64,000 bases of DNA from NCBI GenBank assembly GCA_026025795.1, contig JAPEUG010000042.1, positions 1 through 64,000 of the forward strand, read 5' to 3'. This DNA is from Thelocarpon superellum (lineage: Eukaryota). The notes under the pieces are model-generated. The model had not been told where the DNA came from. It worked only from the letters and a program-made list of their open reading frames with translations, and ran no database searches. The translations under genes and the position numbers were made by a program. Positions within the stretch are counted from its first letter, which is position 1. Every line of letters begins with the position of its first letter. Positions 1-14,339 of the stretch are shown here, piece by piece.

Positions 1-879
1 ACTGGTGCCGTCAATGCCGTCGCCGCTGCTCCCGCCGCAGCGGTAGCAAGCACGGCCCCCAAATTCTCCACTGGCGAGACGACCGGGGCTGCTACCGGGA
101 ATGCTGCCGGGGGTGCTGCCAAAGCCAACGCCGGTGGAGCAGCCGGAGCTTTGACCAGCCTTCTTGGCGCAGCCGGAGGCGCCGGAGGTGCCGGCGGTCT
201 CGGTGCCTTGGCCGGCATCCTCCGTCGACAACTTAATCTGGCCTCGCTTCTTGGAGGAGCCGCAGGAGGAGCCGCGGGTGGAGCGGGAACTGCGCCCACC
301 ACCCAAGCTCCGCAAGGCGCTGTGGAGAGCGGCGTAGCGGCCGCGGCCGGCCAGGGCGCTGCCACGGGCCTGCCGACCGTCGGAGCAAACGGACAGATCC
401 CGGTCAACATGCACCAGGTATGCAGTGCGCGTTGATGTTCTTCCATGACCACGACTAATGTGATGCAGGTCAACACCGATGGCGGTGGACCATTTACCTG
501 CGACGTCGATGCCACGTCCGGCGGTACGGAGGAAAGCGCGTTCGTGCCGGCAACGGTCCCGGCCAACGCGGCGGGTCTCTTGGGCAACAGCCCGCAGACA
601 CAAGCCAGCGACCATCAAATGACGATCCAGATGCCGACCGGCGCACCCTGCTCCGGCACGGTGGCGGGTGTCAGCAACGTGTGCCAGGTGCGGTGCAAGA
701 ACCAGGCGGCGGCGGGTCCCTTTGGCGGCAGCGTGGCCTTTACCCAGGAGCCCGCGGCCAAGAAGCGATCGATCCAGGAACTCCGCCTGGGCAAGCGTCA
801 CTTTGCCCGTGGCATCATCAAGCTTCGACCCGAGGTCCTGGCCTTGGAGAAGCGATACGACCTGACGGAGCCCTATTGA
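1..879 (+). CDS. Egh16/CAS1-like (DUF3129) secreted protein, 5'-truncated by the window edge; intron 418-468
   Basis: Frame is open from base 1 (Ala/Gly-rich). Intron GTATGC..ACTAAT..CAG (51 nt) joins MHQ to VNTDGGGPFTCDVDATSGG, followed by C..G...C.VRC.N.A.AGPFGG, all typical Egh16-family motifs. Confidence 0.8.
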
Positions 880-2139
880 GTAATGGTGTCCATCAATCTC
901 TTGTCTCCATCCCTGTCCTGATCCATCTTGATCTCCTTGCTTCGTCGTCATCATATTATTATCTTACCTCTCCACGAATCCGATTGAATGTCCAAGGAAG
1001 TGAAGATGCGTGAGGATGATGATGTGTGATGAGGAGTGTGGAGGGGTACACGAAGGGAGGAAGGAGAGAGAGCAGTGAAGAAAGAAGCACGGAGATGAAC
1101 GGAAACCTCTCACATTAGTACCTCCTCGGCGTTCTCGCAACTTATCGCACCGCGGTCCTGTCATTTCCTCATATCCTCTTGATCTCGCATCTCTTTGGTC
1201 TTTCCATGTCCCTCATCTCTCTTTTTACCTCTCTCCTTTATCTCTGCCCAATTTCCTCCGTGAGTTGAGTCCGGCGTGGAGTCTGACGTGTGAGTGTGTC
1301 TCCTTTCACTTCCTTCAAATAGCCGCTTGAACCTACATGTATGGTACGTTACGGTCCAGAATGAGAATGTAACAATACACGGACCCCAAGACCACTACCT
1401 AGACGCTGGCGGGAATTGCCTAAGGGAGCGAGCGACTTGAATGGATGAGTCAGTAGCAAACTGTAAGGCAGTGGATAAGTCGTTGAAAGTCGCCGGATTA
1501 ATCGGTCGGCCACAATGCGCCCGCCCCACCGCCGCTCTTATTGTCACGCGGACTGCGGCTTTCCATCGCGGTTACGTAATCGGTCACATGACCGCCCCAG
1601 ACTTCTCCTATCTCGACCATGCATAGCGGTAGCCCAATCCCCTCAACCACAATTCTCTTACTCTCTCAAACTTGACCAACTATCCATCAAGGTAGTTAGG
1701 GTTTTCTTGGCCTCAACTTGACCAATCTGGTCCTCCTATGTGGGTGTAGCAGTCCTCATCTAGAGAACTGCACACTGTTCCTAGACCTATTCGCACCATG
1801 TAGGGTACGGATGGCTCTCAGACTAGACTCGAAAGACCCGGGACACATTTCCAACAACCTTGGTCGCGATTGCAACGGATTCTGCAGATACATGATGCCG
1901 TTCAAGCGGCTCCCTCAGGAAGGCATAGTTCTCTCTTCAGATAATATATATAATGTGGCACTGTCCCCGGTCATGATCAATGTCACTGTCACAGCTCCGC
2001 CCACTTTCGTCGCCGTTGCAAGATTTATCCCGATCATTGACTGCCTCGCCCACGTACTCAGCAGTGGATTCGGGGTCTCCCATTGCACACGTGCGTCTTC
2101 ACGTCTCCCCACCATCGTCTCACCACCAGACAAAACACA

Positions 2140-3208
2140 ATGCGTGTCTCCAATCTCGTCGGCATGCGCGCCGTCGCGTACGTGATGGTCATGATCGTGA
2201 TCATGGCACCCGCGGCATTCGCGTTTCCCCGCCTCTCCAAGAGAGTGGACCCCCAAGTGCGATGTAATGGAATCGTAGGCCGACGCTACGTGACTCGCGA
2301 TGCGGCCGTCAAGGCCGCTCGGCACTTTTGCAACCACAAAGCGACTGCGTTCGAGTACGTTCCCCTTCTCGTCGCTTCTCTCTTTTCTCTCCTCTCGTCT
2401 CTCGTCTCTCGTCTCTCACGTTACCAGAAGTATGGTGGGAATTTTTGACGTTTGGATTGAGTCAAGTTGAGTTGAGTTGAGCTGACACGAAAGACATTTG
2501 TGCAGATACAACCACGGCACGGAGGACGGCATCCGCATGAAGATCGAAAATCTCAACAAGGTCAAAGACGACCTGACCAAGCCATCAGCGATCGAATGCG
2601 TCGGGATCTTTGTGTACCACATCATCGACGGCTGCGATGTCGACAGCGTGCGCAACCCGGCCGGGTACAAGTACGGCGGGAACTACCTCACCACCAACGG
2701 CTGGCTGTTCACGGCCGAACCCCTGCACGAGCACCTGATCGAGTCCAGCTGCGACGTATCCTTCCACGTCTTCGAAGATCTGTTCGAGATCCGGGGGAAG
2801 AATTTCCCCAACGAGCTGCTGGGGCCCGAGGGCGAAGGTCTGCTGAAGGAAGTGGAATACTGTGGTCCTGTCAAGAGGTGGCAATTTGAACACACGCCCG
2901 ACGACGTCACATTTGACTGGTACGCTCATGGCATTCTGCCGCTCTGGACGCGGGATTGCGTGGGCTGGGCCTTGCTCTCCGCGGGAGGCCTTTCGAGAGG
3001 TCGCTGCCGCTCATGTGAGTCACTCGAGCCAGCATTCGAGGCTCCGTCTTCTTCTTCTTCTTCTTCTTCTTCTTCTTCTTCTTCTTCTTCTTCTTCTTCT
3101 TCTTCTTCTTCTTCTTCTTCTCCTGCTACTGCTGCTGCTGCTGCTGCTGCTGCTTCACGCAAGAAGAAAACAAGATATTGCTCGATCGCCTTGCTAACGA
3201 CCGAGTAG
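2140..3208 (+). CDS. Secreted Cys-containing protein with signal peptide and KR pro-site; intron 2355-2505; 3' end uncertain
   Basis: Hydrophobic N-terminus ending AAFA-FPRLSKR. Intron GTACGT..GCTGAC..CAG joins ATAFE to YNHGT in frame. IIDGCD...NP.GYKYGG motif seen in fungal secreted proteins. The poly-Ser tail comes from a TCT microsatellite; a possible GTGAGT donor near 3015 could remove it. Confidence 0.7.
3047..3153. repeat. (TCT)~25 microsatellite followed by a (GCT)n tract
   Basis: Directly visible trinucleotide runs. Confidence 0.95.
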
Positions 3209-3830
3209 CCCCAGAGCATGCGCCATTGGAGGCGGCGGATAACGACGGATACGACTAAGGCACAAACAGACAGAGCTGGACCTGGGTGATGAGGGAGGAT
3301 TGATACCATCACACGGACAGGTTCCAGCAGCAGACGAGGGGAGACCACCGGCGGGAGATGAGGGAGGAAACCGCTGGGAGAAGAGGGAAGAAACCGCAGG
3401 GAGACGAGGGAGGAAACCGCTGGGAGACGAGGGAGGATACCGTCTGACTCGGGGTGAGGGTATGAGGGAGGTCAGAGCTGGGGTTACGGCCAGGATGGGG
3501 TGTCGTCGGAAAGATCCACGGTGATCCAACTCGCGTTGAAGAAGTACTACTTCCAGTAGATGTACATGAATACCAACCGCCTCCTTTGTGAACTTGTTCA
3601 TTTGTTTCACGTTCCTAGCAACAAGATATGGGTTCCATCTCCACCTTCCGCGCAGCGGCGAAGAGCGAAAGAGCGAAACGAAGCAGATGGTGGAAGAAGA
3701 ATGTAGATGATCGAAGAAGGACATTGCGCCCCGTCAGCCCCACCGAATCCCCCTGCATGTCCGCAATGAAGCCGCGCCACCGACATCATGATCAGACCCG
3801 TGGTATTCCGACAAAAGCACCAGGCCCGCA

Positions 3831-5908
3831 TCAGAACACGTTTGGTCCTCGATAGCCGCCCTGCCCCTGCCCCTGCCAATTATTTGCTGGCGGAGCTGGC
3901 GAGCGAGACGGTGGCGGCGTCTGGAATTGGGGCGGCGGAGTGGGCCGTGATTGGTATTGGGGTGGCGGGGTGGGTCGGGATTGGAACTGAGGGGGAGGCG
4001 TGCGCCGCGGTTGTGGGGGCGCATTATCCCATCTCCGCGGGCCAGGACTGTTCGTGGCGGCGCGAAGGGGAGGCGGTCGCGCCTGGGAGGGGAGCGGGGG
4101 TAAGGCGCTGTTGCCCCATCCCGAGGACTGATCACCACCGTAGGCGTCAAGGATGGAGTCGTAGCCGCCTCGCTCGGTGGAGCCCTGTTGGTTGGGGCGT
4201 GGCAAGGGCGCCGTGTCGGATCGTTGCGGTGGATTGCGAGACTGTGCGGGGGTGTATGGCCGATTGGGATTGGGGGCCGTGAAGTTTCGGGCCTGAGGTC
4301 CTTGAGGAAATGGGCGCGACGAGGATTGATTCGGAGGTGGCGCTGTCGCGCTGCGTTGATTTGGCCCGTACGGCGGCCGAGGACTGGGGGAGTTGTATCT
4401 TGGTCCCGGACCAGGTCCTGGCCCTGGCCCTGGCCCTGGCGTACTTCGGCCGTCCGGTGGGCCAGGGGGACGCCGGCCTTGCAGACCATATGGCCCAGGC
4501 GGTCCGGGTCCAGGAGTTTGTCGACCTGGCGGTCCATCTCGGCCCGAACCTGGCGTCCTCCGACCTTGGGCCGTACCAGGTCGTGAGCCTTGATAATCAA
4601 AGTAGCCTCGAGCACCGCCCTGACCGACGCCTTGGGCGTGGTCCATGAGGGGCTCGTTCGACCGATGACTGGTGTCGGAGTTGAGGGATGACTGGGTGCC
4701 GGACCGGGATGGGGACAGATTCGTGCCAAACACATCGGGCACCGTGGGCATGCGCTCGTCCAAGCCTGGCGTCTGATTCGCGTTGCGGGTTGGTGGCCGT
4801 GACGAATACAAGGGAAGCGTGGCCGACGTCGTTTCCCGCGAGAGCCCCGGAAATTCCGCCGACTTCTCCCCATCGTCCATCATGACCGGGATGGTCGGTT
4901 GGCGCTTGATGGACGAAAAGCGCTTGCCCGTCTGTTTCTGGTGCCCCTCCTCGAGCTTCCGTTTTGCCTCTTCCTTCTCCAGCGCCTTCTGCACCTTGGC
5001 GCCTACGACGCGACTGACACGGCTGTCGATCTTGCGCTTGAGGAAGCCCGTCAAGCCATTGTCGGCGGAGGGAAGGTAGTGCCAGAGGAAGAGGATGTAG
5101 AGGACGCAGGCGATGATCAGGTTCATCAGGGAGATGACCCACAGCACGAGCGTGTACGTCATACCGGACAAGATGACGGCCTGGGTGCGGTTCTTGCTAG
5201 CCAAGATGCTGATGTTGGTGAAGAATTGGCCGATATCAGACTGGCCATGCTTGGCCGCGTTGGCGCCCGACGGAAGCAAGTTTGCCTGTAGCACGTTCCA
5301 CAGGGTGATGGCGTTGATCACTTTGCGCGGACCTTCGCAGAGGATGATGCGCACCCACGCTACGTCGGTCAGCAAGGTGGTAGGGGATCGGAGCACGCTG
5401 GAGGACCGGAAGACTCACCCTTGAAGGAGAAATAACTGTAGAGGGCCACGTAGTCCACGCCCTTTTTACTTTTGGTCAACTCGGCAAAGACCAAAAAGCG
5501 CCGCCAACCGCGGCCCTTCTTGCCGGGTCGGATGGACTGGACGCGGACGGCGAGTGGGTCGAGGTAGCTCTCGGCGACGCCGCCCCGTTTGATGACACGG
5601 ACACAGCGGATCCATTCAAAGGCAAGGTTGGCAAAAGAGAGCAGAATGCAGCCGGCGAAGATCCACTTGGTGTAGTTCAGCGCGACGGGTTTGATGTCGC
5701 TGGTCCAGCGGTCAAAGACCAGGAGGTTGACGGCGGTGAAGGTGTCGACGGCGTAGGCGGTGAGGGAGAGGCCGAGGGAGTAGAAGAGAAAGCCGTAGGA
5801 GGAGGGTGTGAGGCAGCCTTTGTTGCGAAAGTCAGACAGGTTGATGTAGTCCCATTTCTGTTCCGCCTTGACGACAACGTCCTTGTTGCGAGGGCCGCAG
5901 CACGGCAT
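3831..5908 (-). CDS. KCH1/PRM6-family fungal low-affinity potassium transporter; intron 5360-5418
   Basis: EQKWDYINLSDF N-terminus, several TM helices, RVQSIR..G.GWRRFLVFAELTKSKKG and W.R.I.CEGPR.VINA motifs, Pro-rich tail. The 59-nt GTGAGT..GCTGAC..TAG intron joins the two ORFs in frame. Confidence 0.8.
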
Positions 5909-6060
5909 CGTGACGTGCGGTCGTGCGGTCTATCGTGGCGGGGTTCGGGGCAGACGACGCCCGGTCGTCGTGACCACGAGACACGTCTGAGGCGGAGGAC
6001 GGCCGGGGCCTACTTGTGAGGTCGCTCAGAGACCGCCCGCGGCATCTGGCTCCACACGAG

Positions 6061-6091
<31 letters not shown>

Positions 6092-7493
6092 GCGCGAAGG
6101 AAGAAGTGGACTCGAACGAAGGTGGGCCGGCGAGGCGTGGGAGATGGGCAAGATGGCAGGAGCGGTCATGGAGGAGGCCTTGGGCGATATCGGCGCCGTG
6201 AGCGCGTGGGCGGTGGTCGTGGTCTCTCGATGAAGTGTCGGTCGCAAGGAATGGAATGAAATGATCGAGGAAACGATGGCCAAGGAGCGTATCGACGGCG
6301 AGGATCCGCCGAGGCCGAGGACACGACAGAGCAGTGAATAGGACGAAAGGAGCAATGAATGTCGATGGACAGAGCGAGGAGGGGAACGAAAGGGAACGGC
6401 GTGGCCTTGGCCGAAACGAATGAATCACGTCAAACTGACCAAGCCCAAGATGAGCCGTCCACCAGAGGGCGAGCGAAGGGTCAGAGGGTAGCGGACGGGA
6501 GACATGCCTGGCGGGCGTGCCTGGTTCCTGCGTGGTACGGCGCTCGTCTGGGGTGGTGCGAGTACTCGTCTTCGTCCGAGTTACGACCATAGGAAACTAG
6601 GCGACCAGGATATGCACCCTCCGTGCTCCATATGCGTCGGACCGCCCTGCCTGAGCCGTGTTTGAGATGAGGGACAGGACGGAGGCTACGCGCGTGGGAC
6701 GAGCGATACGCAGTCTCGGCTGGCCTCCGCGCCGTCCCCACGCGCCCCTGTTCACACGCGCATGAAAAGGGACGCGCCAATCAGACTCAACCGTGGCTCC
6801 CACCCTTGCGGCCCTGGGGGCTCACGGACCACGCTACGCCACCCCGGGACCTGACCGTCACCACGCTTGGCATAACGGACGGCGATTACAGGGTCTCCAC
6901 CTAGCTCTTCACCGCGCCTGCCGTTATCCTGGAGCGTGATCAACGTCCCAACAAGCGCTCGCCGCCGTGCACGAGGAGAAGGGAGCCTTGGCTTCGGCCT
7001 TGGCCCGCAAACGACTGGTCTGATCGCCCACGATGTTTCGGTCCGTAACCCATCATTTGTGCAACGTCGGCACATCCGCGGCTGAGTGATGGCCAAATGT
7101 GAGCGACGTGGAACAGCGTGACGCGTACGAGGACGGGGACGAAGATAGCAGCCGCTACGAGGTCCATCGTTGGTACCCGGGGTAGGGTAATTGCCACTTC
7201 GGACGGTAAAATGTATGCTCGTTCGAACGAGAGGTCCCTGTGGAGGAATCTGGACAGGCTCATGCGTTGCATTATTATCACGAAATTGCCGAGCGTTGTT
7301 GCCGCTGTCATGGTCATCCCTCTGCCTACGCATGAATCTCGCATGACGATTGGGAGAGCCATCGGCCTGACAAAGATTGGCAAGCCGCACGCCGCACGCC
7401 ACCCACGCCCCGCCCGCGCCACACCCGCACCCACACCCACAATGGTTCTTGGCAATGCCACAACGGGAACGTGGTCTACGTCTGTTTAGGTCA

Positions 7494-9260
7494 TCACTGC
7501 AACAGAGGATCCTGCATACGCCATCAGCGTCACGTCGTTTCATGAGGGACATGGCTTGACTTACCCGGAAATGCTTCTGCGCATTGCCACGTTTGTCCAC
7601 GCCCCATTGGTAGCGCTGATTCTCGCGTGCCTCGCGTTTCCGTTCGCGTTTCTCCGTCGCGGTGACCTCTCGTCGCTTGGCTTCCGTCACGCCCGTCATG
7701 CCAAGAGCGCCCGTGCCGCGGGTCGCCACCTGACGGCCGCGTTCGCGCAGCGTGGGACGAGCGTCGTCCTCCGACTCGGAGGTCGAGGCGTCGGTGATGG
7801 CACGTCGGCCCGCCGTCGACGCGGACGTCGGATAGCGATGCAAGTTCTGGCGATAGTAGCGCGACAAGGACCGGTGGCCTGCGGACCGGCCCGACGGGAG
7901 GTGCAGCTCGTACTCGGAGTGGTAGACGGCGTGCGAATGCGTGTGGGCGTGCGAGTGCCAGCCGTCCCGGTTGTGGTGAGGTCGAGGGTCATGGTGCGAG
8001 TGATGCAAGTGTTGATGCAGCTTCTGGTATTGGTGGGTGTGGTCCAATGGCACCGCCGTGAGCTCGGCCGAGTCCAAGGATGAGGCCGAGCTGTCTGTCT
8101 CCCAACCATCACCTTCGGCCTCATCCACCTCGACCGTCGCCGAGCCGTCCGCGCCGTGCGTCGTCGTCTGAATCGAGCTCTCGCGCTTGGATCCCAGCTT
8201 TGCCCCGGTGTGCGAGCCTGGTCCCTCGCTCTCACCCTCGGCTTCATCGTCTTCTTCCTCCGCCTCCTCTTCCTCCTCCTCGTCCGAGTAGGTGCTGCGG
8301 AAATCGTAGAATTGGCCCACCTCGATCATCTCCGCTTCCGACTCAAAGGCGATCATGCAATGGCCTTTGTCTCTCATGTGCGTCTGTACCGCTGCCGACG
8401 TCCCCTTCACCTTGCCACAGTAGAGACACTCGTGCAATGCCGAGATCTTCTGGTGGAGGTAGCAGACCAGGCCCTCCAAGTCGACCAGGTACGATTGTTC
8501 CGGGACGAACATGCCGTGGATCTTGCACATGTGCGACACGTTGAGCGGGAGCGAGGGCGACTGATAGTTACAAAACAGACAGGTCACGGCCGGTAGGGCC
8601 GGCGGCGTGTCGTCACGACTCGACCCCGCCGCCGACGGCGTCGTCCGCTCCGATCCGACCCGATCGGACTTCTCCTCCAGGGAGGTCGCCTGGAGGCCAT
8701 CTACGACCGCGGCCAGCTCCTCACGTCCGGACGGAGCGGCCTCGCCTTCGATGGGCTCGCCGAGGGAAAATGTGGAGCTCATGAGCGATTCTGTATCCGG
8801 CTCGGGGTGCTGGGAGCCCTCGCGAAGCAGCGTGGCCAACTTCGCCTTGTGCTTCTGGCTGCCTTGATGGTTCTGAAAGGCATTCTCGCTGTAGTAGGTG
8901 CGCTGGCATGCCCGACAGACCTTCTCAAACGACGCCCGCGCCGCTTCTCGCGTGGAGGAGGACTGGGCCGTCAACACTTTTTCCGCAAAGGTCTCGGACG
9001 TGATGGGTGGGAGGGAGGCCACGCGACGCTTGAGGTTGTACCGGCTGGTCCTGGCATCAGCGACACTCGTTTGCCGCGGGGTGGCCGTGGACTTACTGCC
9101 AGTCGCTGTGCATATGTGCCCGTTGCAGGTCGCTGCTGCGGAACGCCACCTGACAGCTATTACACGTAAACGGATAGGAGGGGGCCCGCGTCGGGGCCGG
9201 AGGAGGGTCGCTTGCAGAGGCAGGAGCCCCGGACGGTCGACTGGATGATATCGTCGCCAT
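7494..9260 (-). CDS. REI1: Cytoplasmic pre-60S ribosome factor REI1-like C2H2 zinc-finger protein; introns 9045-9096 and 7512-7564
   Basis: Spliced product YPFTCNSCQVAFRSSDLQRAHMHSDWH|RYNLKRRVASLPP, additional C2H2 fingers (CLFC, CLYC..HMRDKGHC), ELHLPSGRSAGHRSL and C-terminal QKHFR|DPLLQ*. Confidence 0.92.
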
Positions 9261-10479
9261 GGCGATCCGCGGGTGCGCGTGCGCGGTGTCGTCGTCCCAA
9301 TCTACGACGACAGGGAGCGTGGCGTGGGAGTGGAAGCGGAGAAGAGGAATTGGAAATTCCGATTGTGCGCAGGCACGGTGCGAGATTCGACCTGGAGATG
9401 CGGGCAGCCAATCATGCCGGCCGACGGTGGGAAGACTCTCTCACGCAGTGGCGGGCACCGAAATCACCATTTACGCGTCCTGGCAGCACCTGGGGCATAC
9501 CGGCATACACGGAGAAGGGAGCCGTGAGTTCGGCGCGACAGCTCATCACTCGGCCCTGTCCATAATCTTCATTTCGGGTCTCACGGCGAGTAGCCGCTCT
9601 CACCTCAGCGCAAGTACGGAGTAGAGGAGGCACGCTACGATAGAAGACGTTAGTCTCCTGCGTCATCGGCCGTCCCTCGTCCTTCTAGAACATCGACGGA
9701 CACTTGGCGAGCCTGTGCGCTTTCCACGGTACGGATGCCACCACCGCGCCGTGTCGTGGTGAAGGTGTTGCTGTGACGAAGCCGTGTCGACACCTCCTTC
9801 GAGGAAGCATCGACTTTCATACTCGTAGACCCTACTCAGGACCTACTCAGGACCTACTCAGCGAGCTGTGGCCTACCAGTCTCTCAATCTTTGGATTTCG
9901 GAGGCCTGGTCGCTTGGCTCTAATGCGGCCAAAGGACTCAGTGTTACATGTTCACGGGCCGGGCCCAGGGAAGCGAGGACAGTGCCCTTGCACGATGATG
10001 CTTCATTGACTCGAATGGGTATGCAAAAAGAGTATAATACTGGGACACGGTCAACATGAAAGGCGACCGAGTAGCCCTGAGATGTAGGAGTTGCAACAGA
10101 GATGAAATTAATTTCGAATATTATAATCATTCCATCGATTTGATTGCACTACAAAGTGAAGATACGCATACGAGCTTCGTTTCAGCGTGCCATTCACTAT
10201 CTTGGCAGAGCACACCACCTCAAGGACACAGATATGTGAGACCTCACGTTGCCCGTTCAAAGGTGACATGACATCGACGTGGTCGATTCGAAGCCAGAAA
10301 GAAGTCGTGGATTGGCCGCATGCGTACGATCAGCTTGATTCCGGATACGAACCTGAACTCGAGCTGTTGTTACATAATCAATCGGGCTTGCTTCCTGGCC
10401 TCCGAACACTCCGTGCCTCAACTCGGCCGTTGCAACTTCGATCGATTGGCGACCTAGCTCCCAGCCAGGGACCAAGGGC

Positions 10480-13400
10480 ATGGTCAGGGGTCCGTGGAGA
10501 CCGCTGGATGCGACCGAGGCCTCGGCGCTTCGCTCTCCGCGCTTGGCCCCGGACGTCGACCGGCCCAGCTTGCCCAAAGACGCTCCCGCCGTGCTCCACG
10601 ATGCCACCATCAGCGTCACTGACCCAGAGCGAATTCTGTCCCTCCACCGGACGGCGAGACAGCGCCAGTTCAACGACCTGGTTCGACGCTACATCGCACA
10701 GCTGACCTACGGCTGCCAGGAGCCATCATGCACCACCCCGACCTGCTGGTCGACAAGGAAGAGGGCCGCGCGGGAGCCAGTGAGGAGATTTACGGCCACC
10801 AGCGCACGCACGCTGGCATGTTACCTGGCCAGTCAAGATGATCCCGAGAAGGCATTGTGCCGGCAGAAACGACTCGTCGCTCCCTCGACCCCTGCCTCTC
10901 TCCAGCAGGTCCAGGATGTGCTCCCGAATGGAAAGGCCCTCGGCCGGAGCAAAGCAAGCTCCATCGATGGGAGATCGGAGAGGTCGTCCTACCAGTCAAC
11001 CTTCAAGTCCTTGCCCACTCGTCCGCCAAAGAGTGATCCCAAGTCCTTTACCCAGAATCTCTTCAACTCCTCGTCTCTGCAGACCCTGGGACGGACCGCA
11101 CGCGTGACGCCCGGGCACCCCGTGGCCCGGGCCGACCAGAGCCATGGGTCGGAAGGGCACAAACTTCGCTCACACGTGGCGAGTGCCGAGCTCGGCCGAG
11201 AGCCTACTGAGGATGAAGCTCCACTTCTTGCGGCACGACCACGAGGCCCATACCATCCGGACGCCGAATCGATCCGTCGCACCATCCACTCTATCCGAAC
11301 TCAGCGACGGCGCCGGGAGACATGGGACGGGGTGACGGTGGGGTCTCGGCCAAGAGATCTGGGCACTCATCTTGACGTGACGCCGCCAATTACCATCGAT
11401 AGGACCACATCAGCGGCCGAGCTGGATGAGGAGGCCGTGAAGGCTCCATCCTTGTCACATCTGTCGGTCGGTCTCGTTGCCACATGGATGAGAATGTCAC
11501 CTCGAAATGAATGTCCCGGAGACAATGCCCCGTACAGTATCTTCATGGACCAGAGCACCTTCTATGCCCTGAGCCATCCCGTTGGCCTGCTCCAATCCTT
11601 CCGGACACACCAACCGCCGGCCAGTCAGCTGTCGACCGATCTACGCGGGCTCAATGACGCGCTGCGATGGCTCCTTGACCGTGACCGGGATCTGGTCTTG
11701 CAAAGTCTTTGGTTGGGGATCAAAGCTCTGTTTGTCCCGCCCTCCGAGTTGGCTCCCCCGCGAGGGCCCAAGGCCAGAGTCCTCATCTTAGCCTCGTTAG
11801 ATGGACGCGATGCCGCGGCTGGAATGGATCCATCCAGTGGGGACAACCGCCAGCCGGATTACCTCCAAGATGACCACTTCTGTCACGTAGTCGCCATATG
11901 CCTCCATGCGCTCGCTGCTATGATGCCGATCGTATCACCAGACGTGAGACTGGCGACCCAACGGCTCCGCGCCGTGGGTACGGCCGGGCTGGACGCCTTC
12001 GACGATACCAGGGTCGTGCACGACACCGCCAAGGTGACGAAGAAGATCAATGCCATGATGCGGTGCCTGGATACGCTAGAAGACGAGCTGCCTTTACGCC
12101 TGGTCAGTCGGCTGATGAGAGGCATCGCCGCCAGACTCTACTACGATCAGGCCTGCAGAGACCGGGCACGCAAATACGTCCCTGGACCGGAGTCGTCCAC
12201 GGGACGACATGGGGATCTTGCGACGACCTTTGGCCGAGTCCTCCTCGATCTTGATCTTGATCGCCCAGTCGACGCACAGGTATCGGGCACGACAGAGCCA
12301 GACGACGGAGTTGAATCGACCCCTCGACGATCAGGATGGTCCAATGCCGCCATCATTGTCGAGTGGATCCGGACTGTCATTCTCAAGGAGTGGGATGGAT
12401 CCATGGAGTTGAGCCGCTTCAGTGTGGCCGGAAGCGCCGTCACCGTTCTTGGACATCTCTGTTCGTCACCTTCTCGTGCTCCTCGCCGGTCTTCTATTGA
12501 CAATCCGTCCAGATGAGGTCCGCAATCACTTGGGCCTGCCGCCAGAGTCCTTTCAGATGTCCTGCATGTCTGACGGTCTCGACCACGTCGACATTCCGGA
12601 GGACTGGCCCGTGGGGGACGACCAGCGCAAATCCATTCACCTTCTCTCATACCCCTTCCTCTTTCGTCCGTCCACGCTGATCACCCTTTTCCGCGCCATC
12701 AATTTCGCCAAGATGTCACGTGCCTTTGAAGAGGCGGCCGTGCAGCAGCGTCTCCTCAACTCGCTGGAAGCGGCCGATTTCACATCGGGCCAGGTGGATC
12801 GCCTGACGCGTCAATTGCGGCGGACGTTGAGCCCCTATCTCGTGGTGGAAGTCCGGCGAGAGAAGATGGTGCAAGATGCGTTAGGTCAACTGTGGCGGCG
12901 CGAGCGATGTGAGCTGCTGCGTCCGTTGAAGGTGAGACTTGGCAAAGACGAGGGCGAAGAAGGCGTGGACCATGGAGGGGTGCAACAAGAGTTCTTTCGA
13001 ATCGTCACTGCGGAGATGATGAATCCGGCATATGGTACGTATCGTCTCAATGAGAGGAGCAGGTTGGAGAGGCTGACTGCCCGATCGAACAGGGATGTTT
13101 GCGACAGACTCGCAGAGTCGAATCTCCTGGTTCCAAGCACGCTCGCCGGAGCCTCTGTACCATTTTGAGCTTTTGGGGCTGCTGATGTCCTTGGCGGTCT
13201 ACAACGGCGTGACTCTACCCGTGTCGTTTCCCTTGGCGCTCTATCGAAAGCTGCTGGCGCTCCCGGTGACGGGACTGGCGCACATCCGCGATGGCTGGCC
13301 GGACTTGTCGCGCGGACTTGACAGCCTCCTGTCATGGAGGGATGGAGACGTGGCCGACGTCTTCCTGCGCACCTACGATTTTAGCGTCGAGGCTTTTGGC

Positions 13401-14268
13401 GCGATCGTGTCGATGGCCATGGACGAAGAGCAAGCCCTCCCACGGACGAGCAGCACGCGTAAAGGCAAGGGCAAAGCGCGTGTGACGGATTCACCACCGC
13501 CGTCGAGCCCGACGCGCATGGTCACCAACGAGAACCGCGAACAATATGTGCGCGACTACGTCTCGTGGCTCACGGACCGCTCGATACGAGCACAGTACGA
13601 GGCATTCGCGCGGGGCTTCTACGTGTGTCTTGAGAAGCGAAGTTTATCGGTGCGACGAACCCCCCATGGCGTGACCAGGCATCGAAGACCACGAGACGAA
13701 CACGAATCTAACCCCTTTCAGATCTTCACCCCTGAAGCCCTCCGACGTCTGGTAGAAGGCGTGCCCGAGATCGACATGGACGCCTTGGAAGAGACGACGC
13801 GCTACGAGGACGGCTTCGGCGCCTCGCACTGGCTGATGCAGGAGTTCTGGAAAGTCGTCAAGGCCTATCCGGTGCATAAGCAGCGTGATCTGCTTGAGTT
13901 CGTGACGGCCAGTGATCGCGTGCCTGTCAATGGCATTCGGAGCGTCTTATTCGTCATTCAGCGCAACGGACCCGATAGTGAGGTAAGGACTGCAGCGTTT
14001 TTCCCTCCGTCTGTCAATGACACACTCATGTGTCCTTTGGTACCTCCCTCACTCCTCTACCCCTCACTACCTACCGACGACAGGGGGAGATGGAAGAGAA
14101 GAAGAAGAGATTGGCTAACGCACGCCGGTCGATGGTGCAATGTAGCGCCTCCCAACAAGTCTGACCTGCTTCGGCCGCCTCTTGATGCCCGCGTACAGCT
14201 CCACGAGCAAATTGCGCGAGAAACTGGACCTGGCGCTGGAGAACGCAAAGGGATTTGGCGTTCCTTGA
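10480..14268 (+). CDS. HECT E3 ubiquitin ligase with N-terminal AZUL-like Zn domain (HUL4/UBE3A-like); introns 12461-12512, 13035-13092, 13650-13721, 13983-14145
   Basis: [19 protein letters not shown] (AZUL-like); [34 protein letters not shown]; last exon [31 protein letters not shown] with catalytic Cys; canonical splice sites restore frame. Confidence 0.9.
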
Positions 14269-14339
14269 TTCGTTCTCTCTTCCTATTTCATGATGTGCAA
14301 AGTACGGTCGATGACGCCAATTACTATGCGAATACCAGG

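Noticed and set aside
2862..3348. Poly-Leu and poly-Glu ORFs
   Set aside because: Alternative frames of the TCT microsatellite
6752..7493. C-terminal extension of the 756-aa REI1 ORF
   Set aside because: Intron read-through; the spliced gene ends DPLLQ* at 7494
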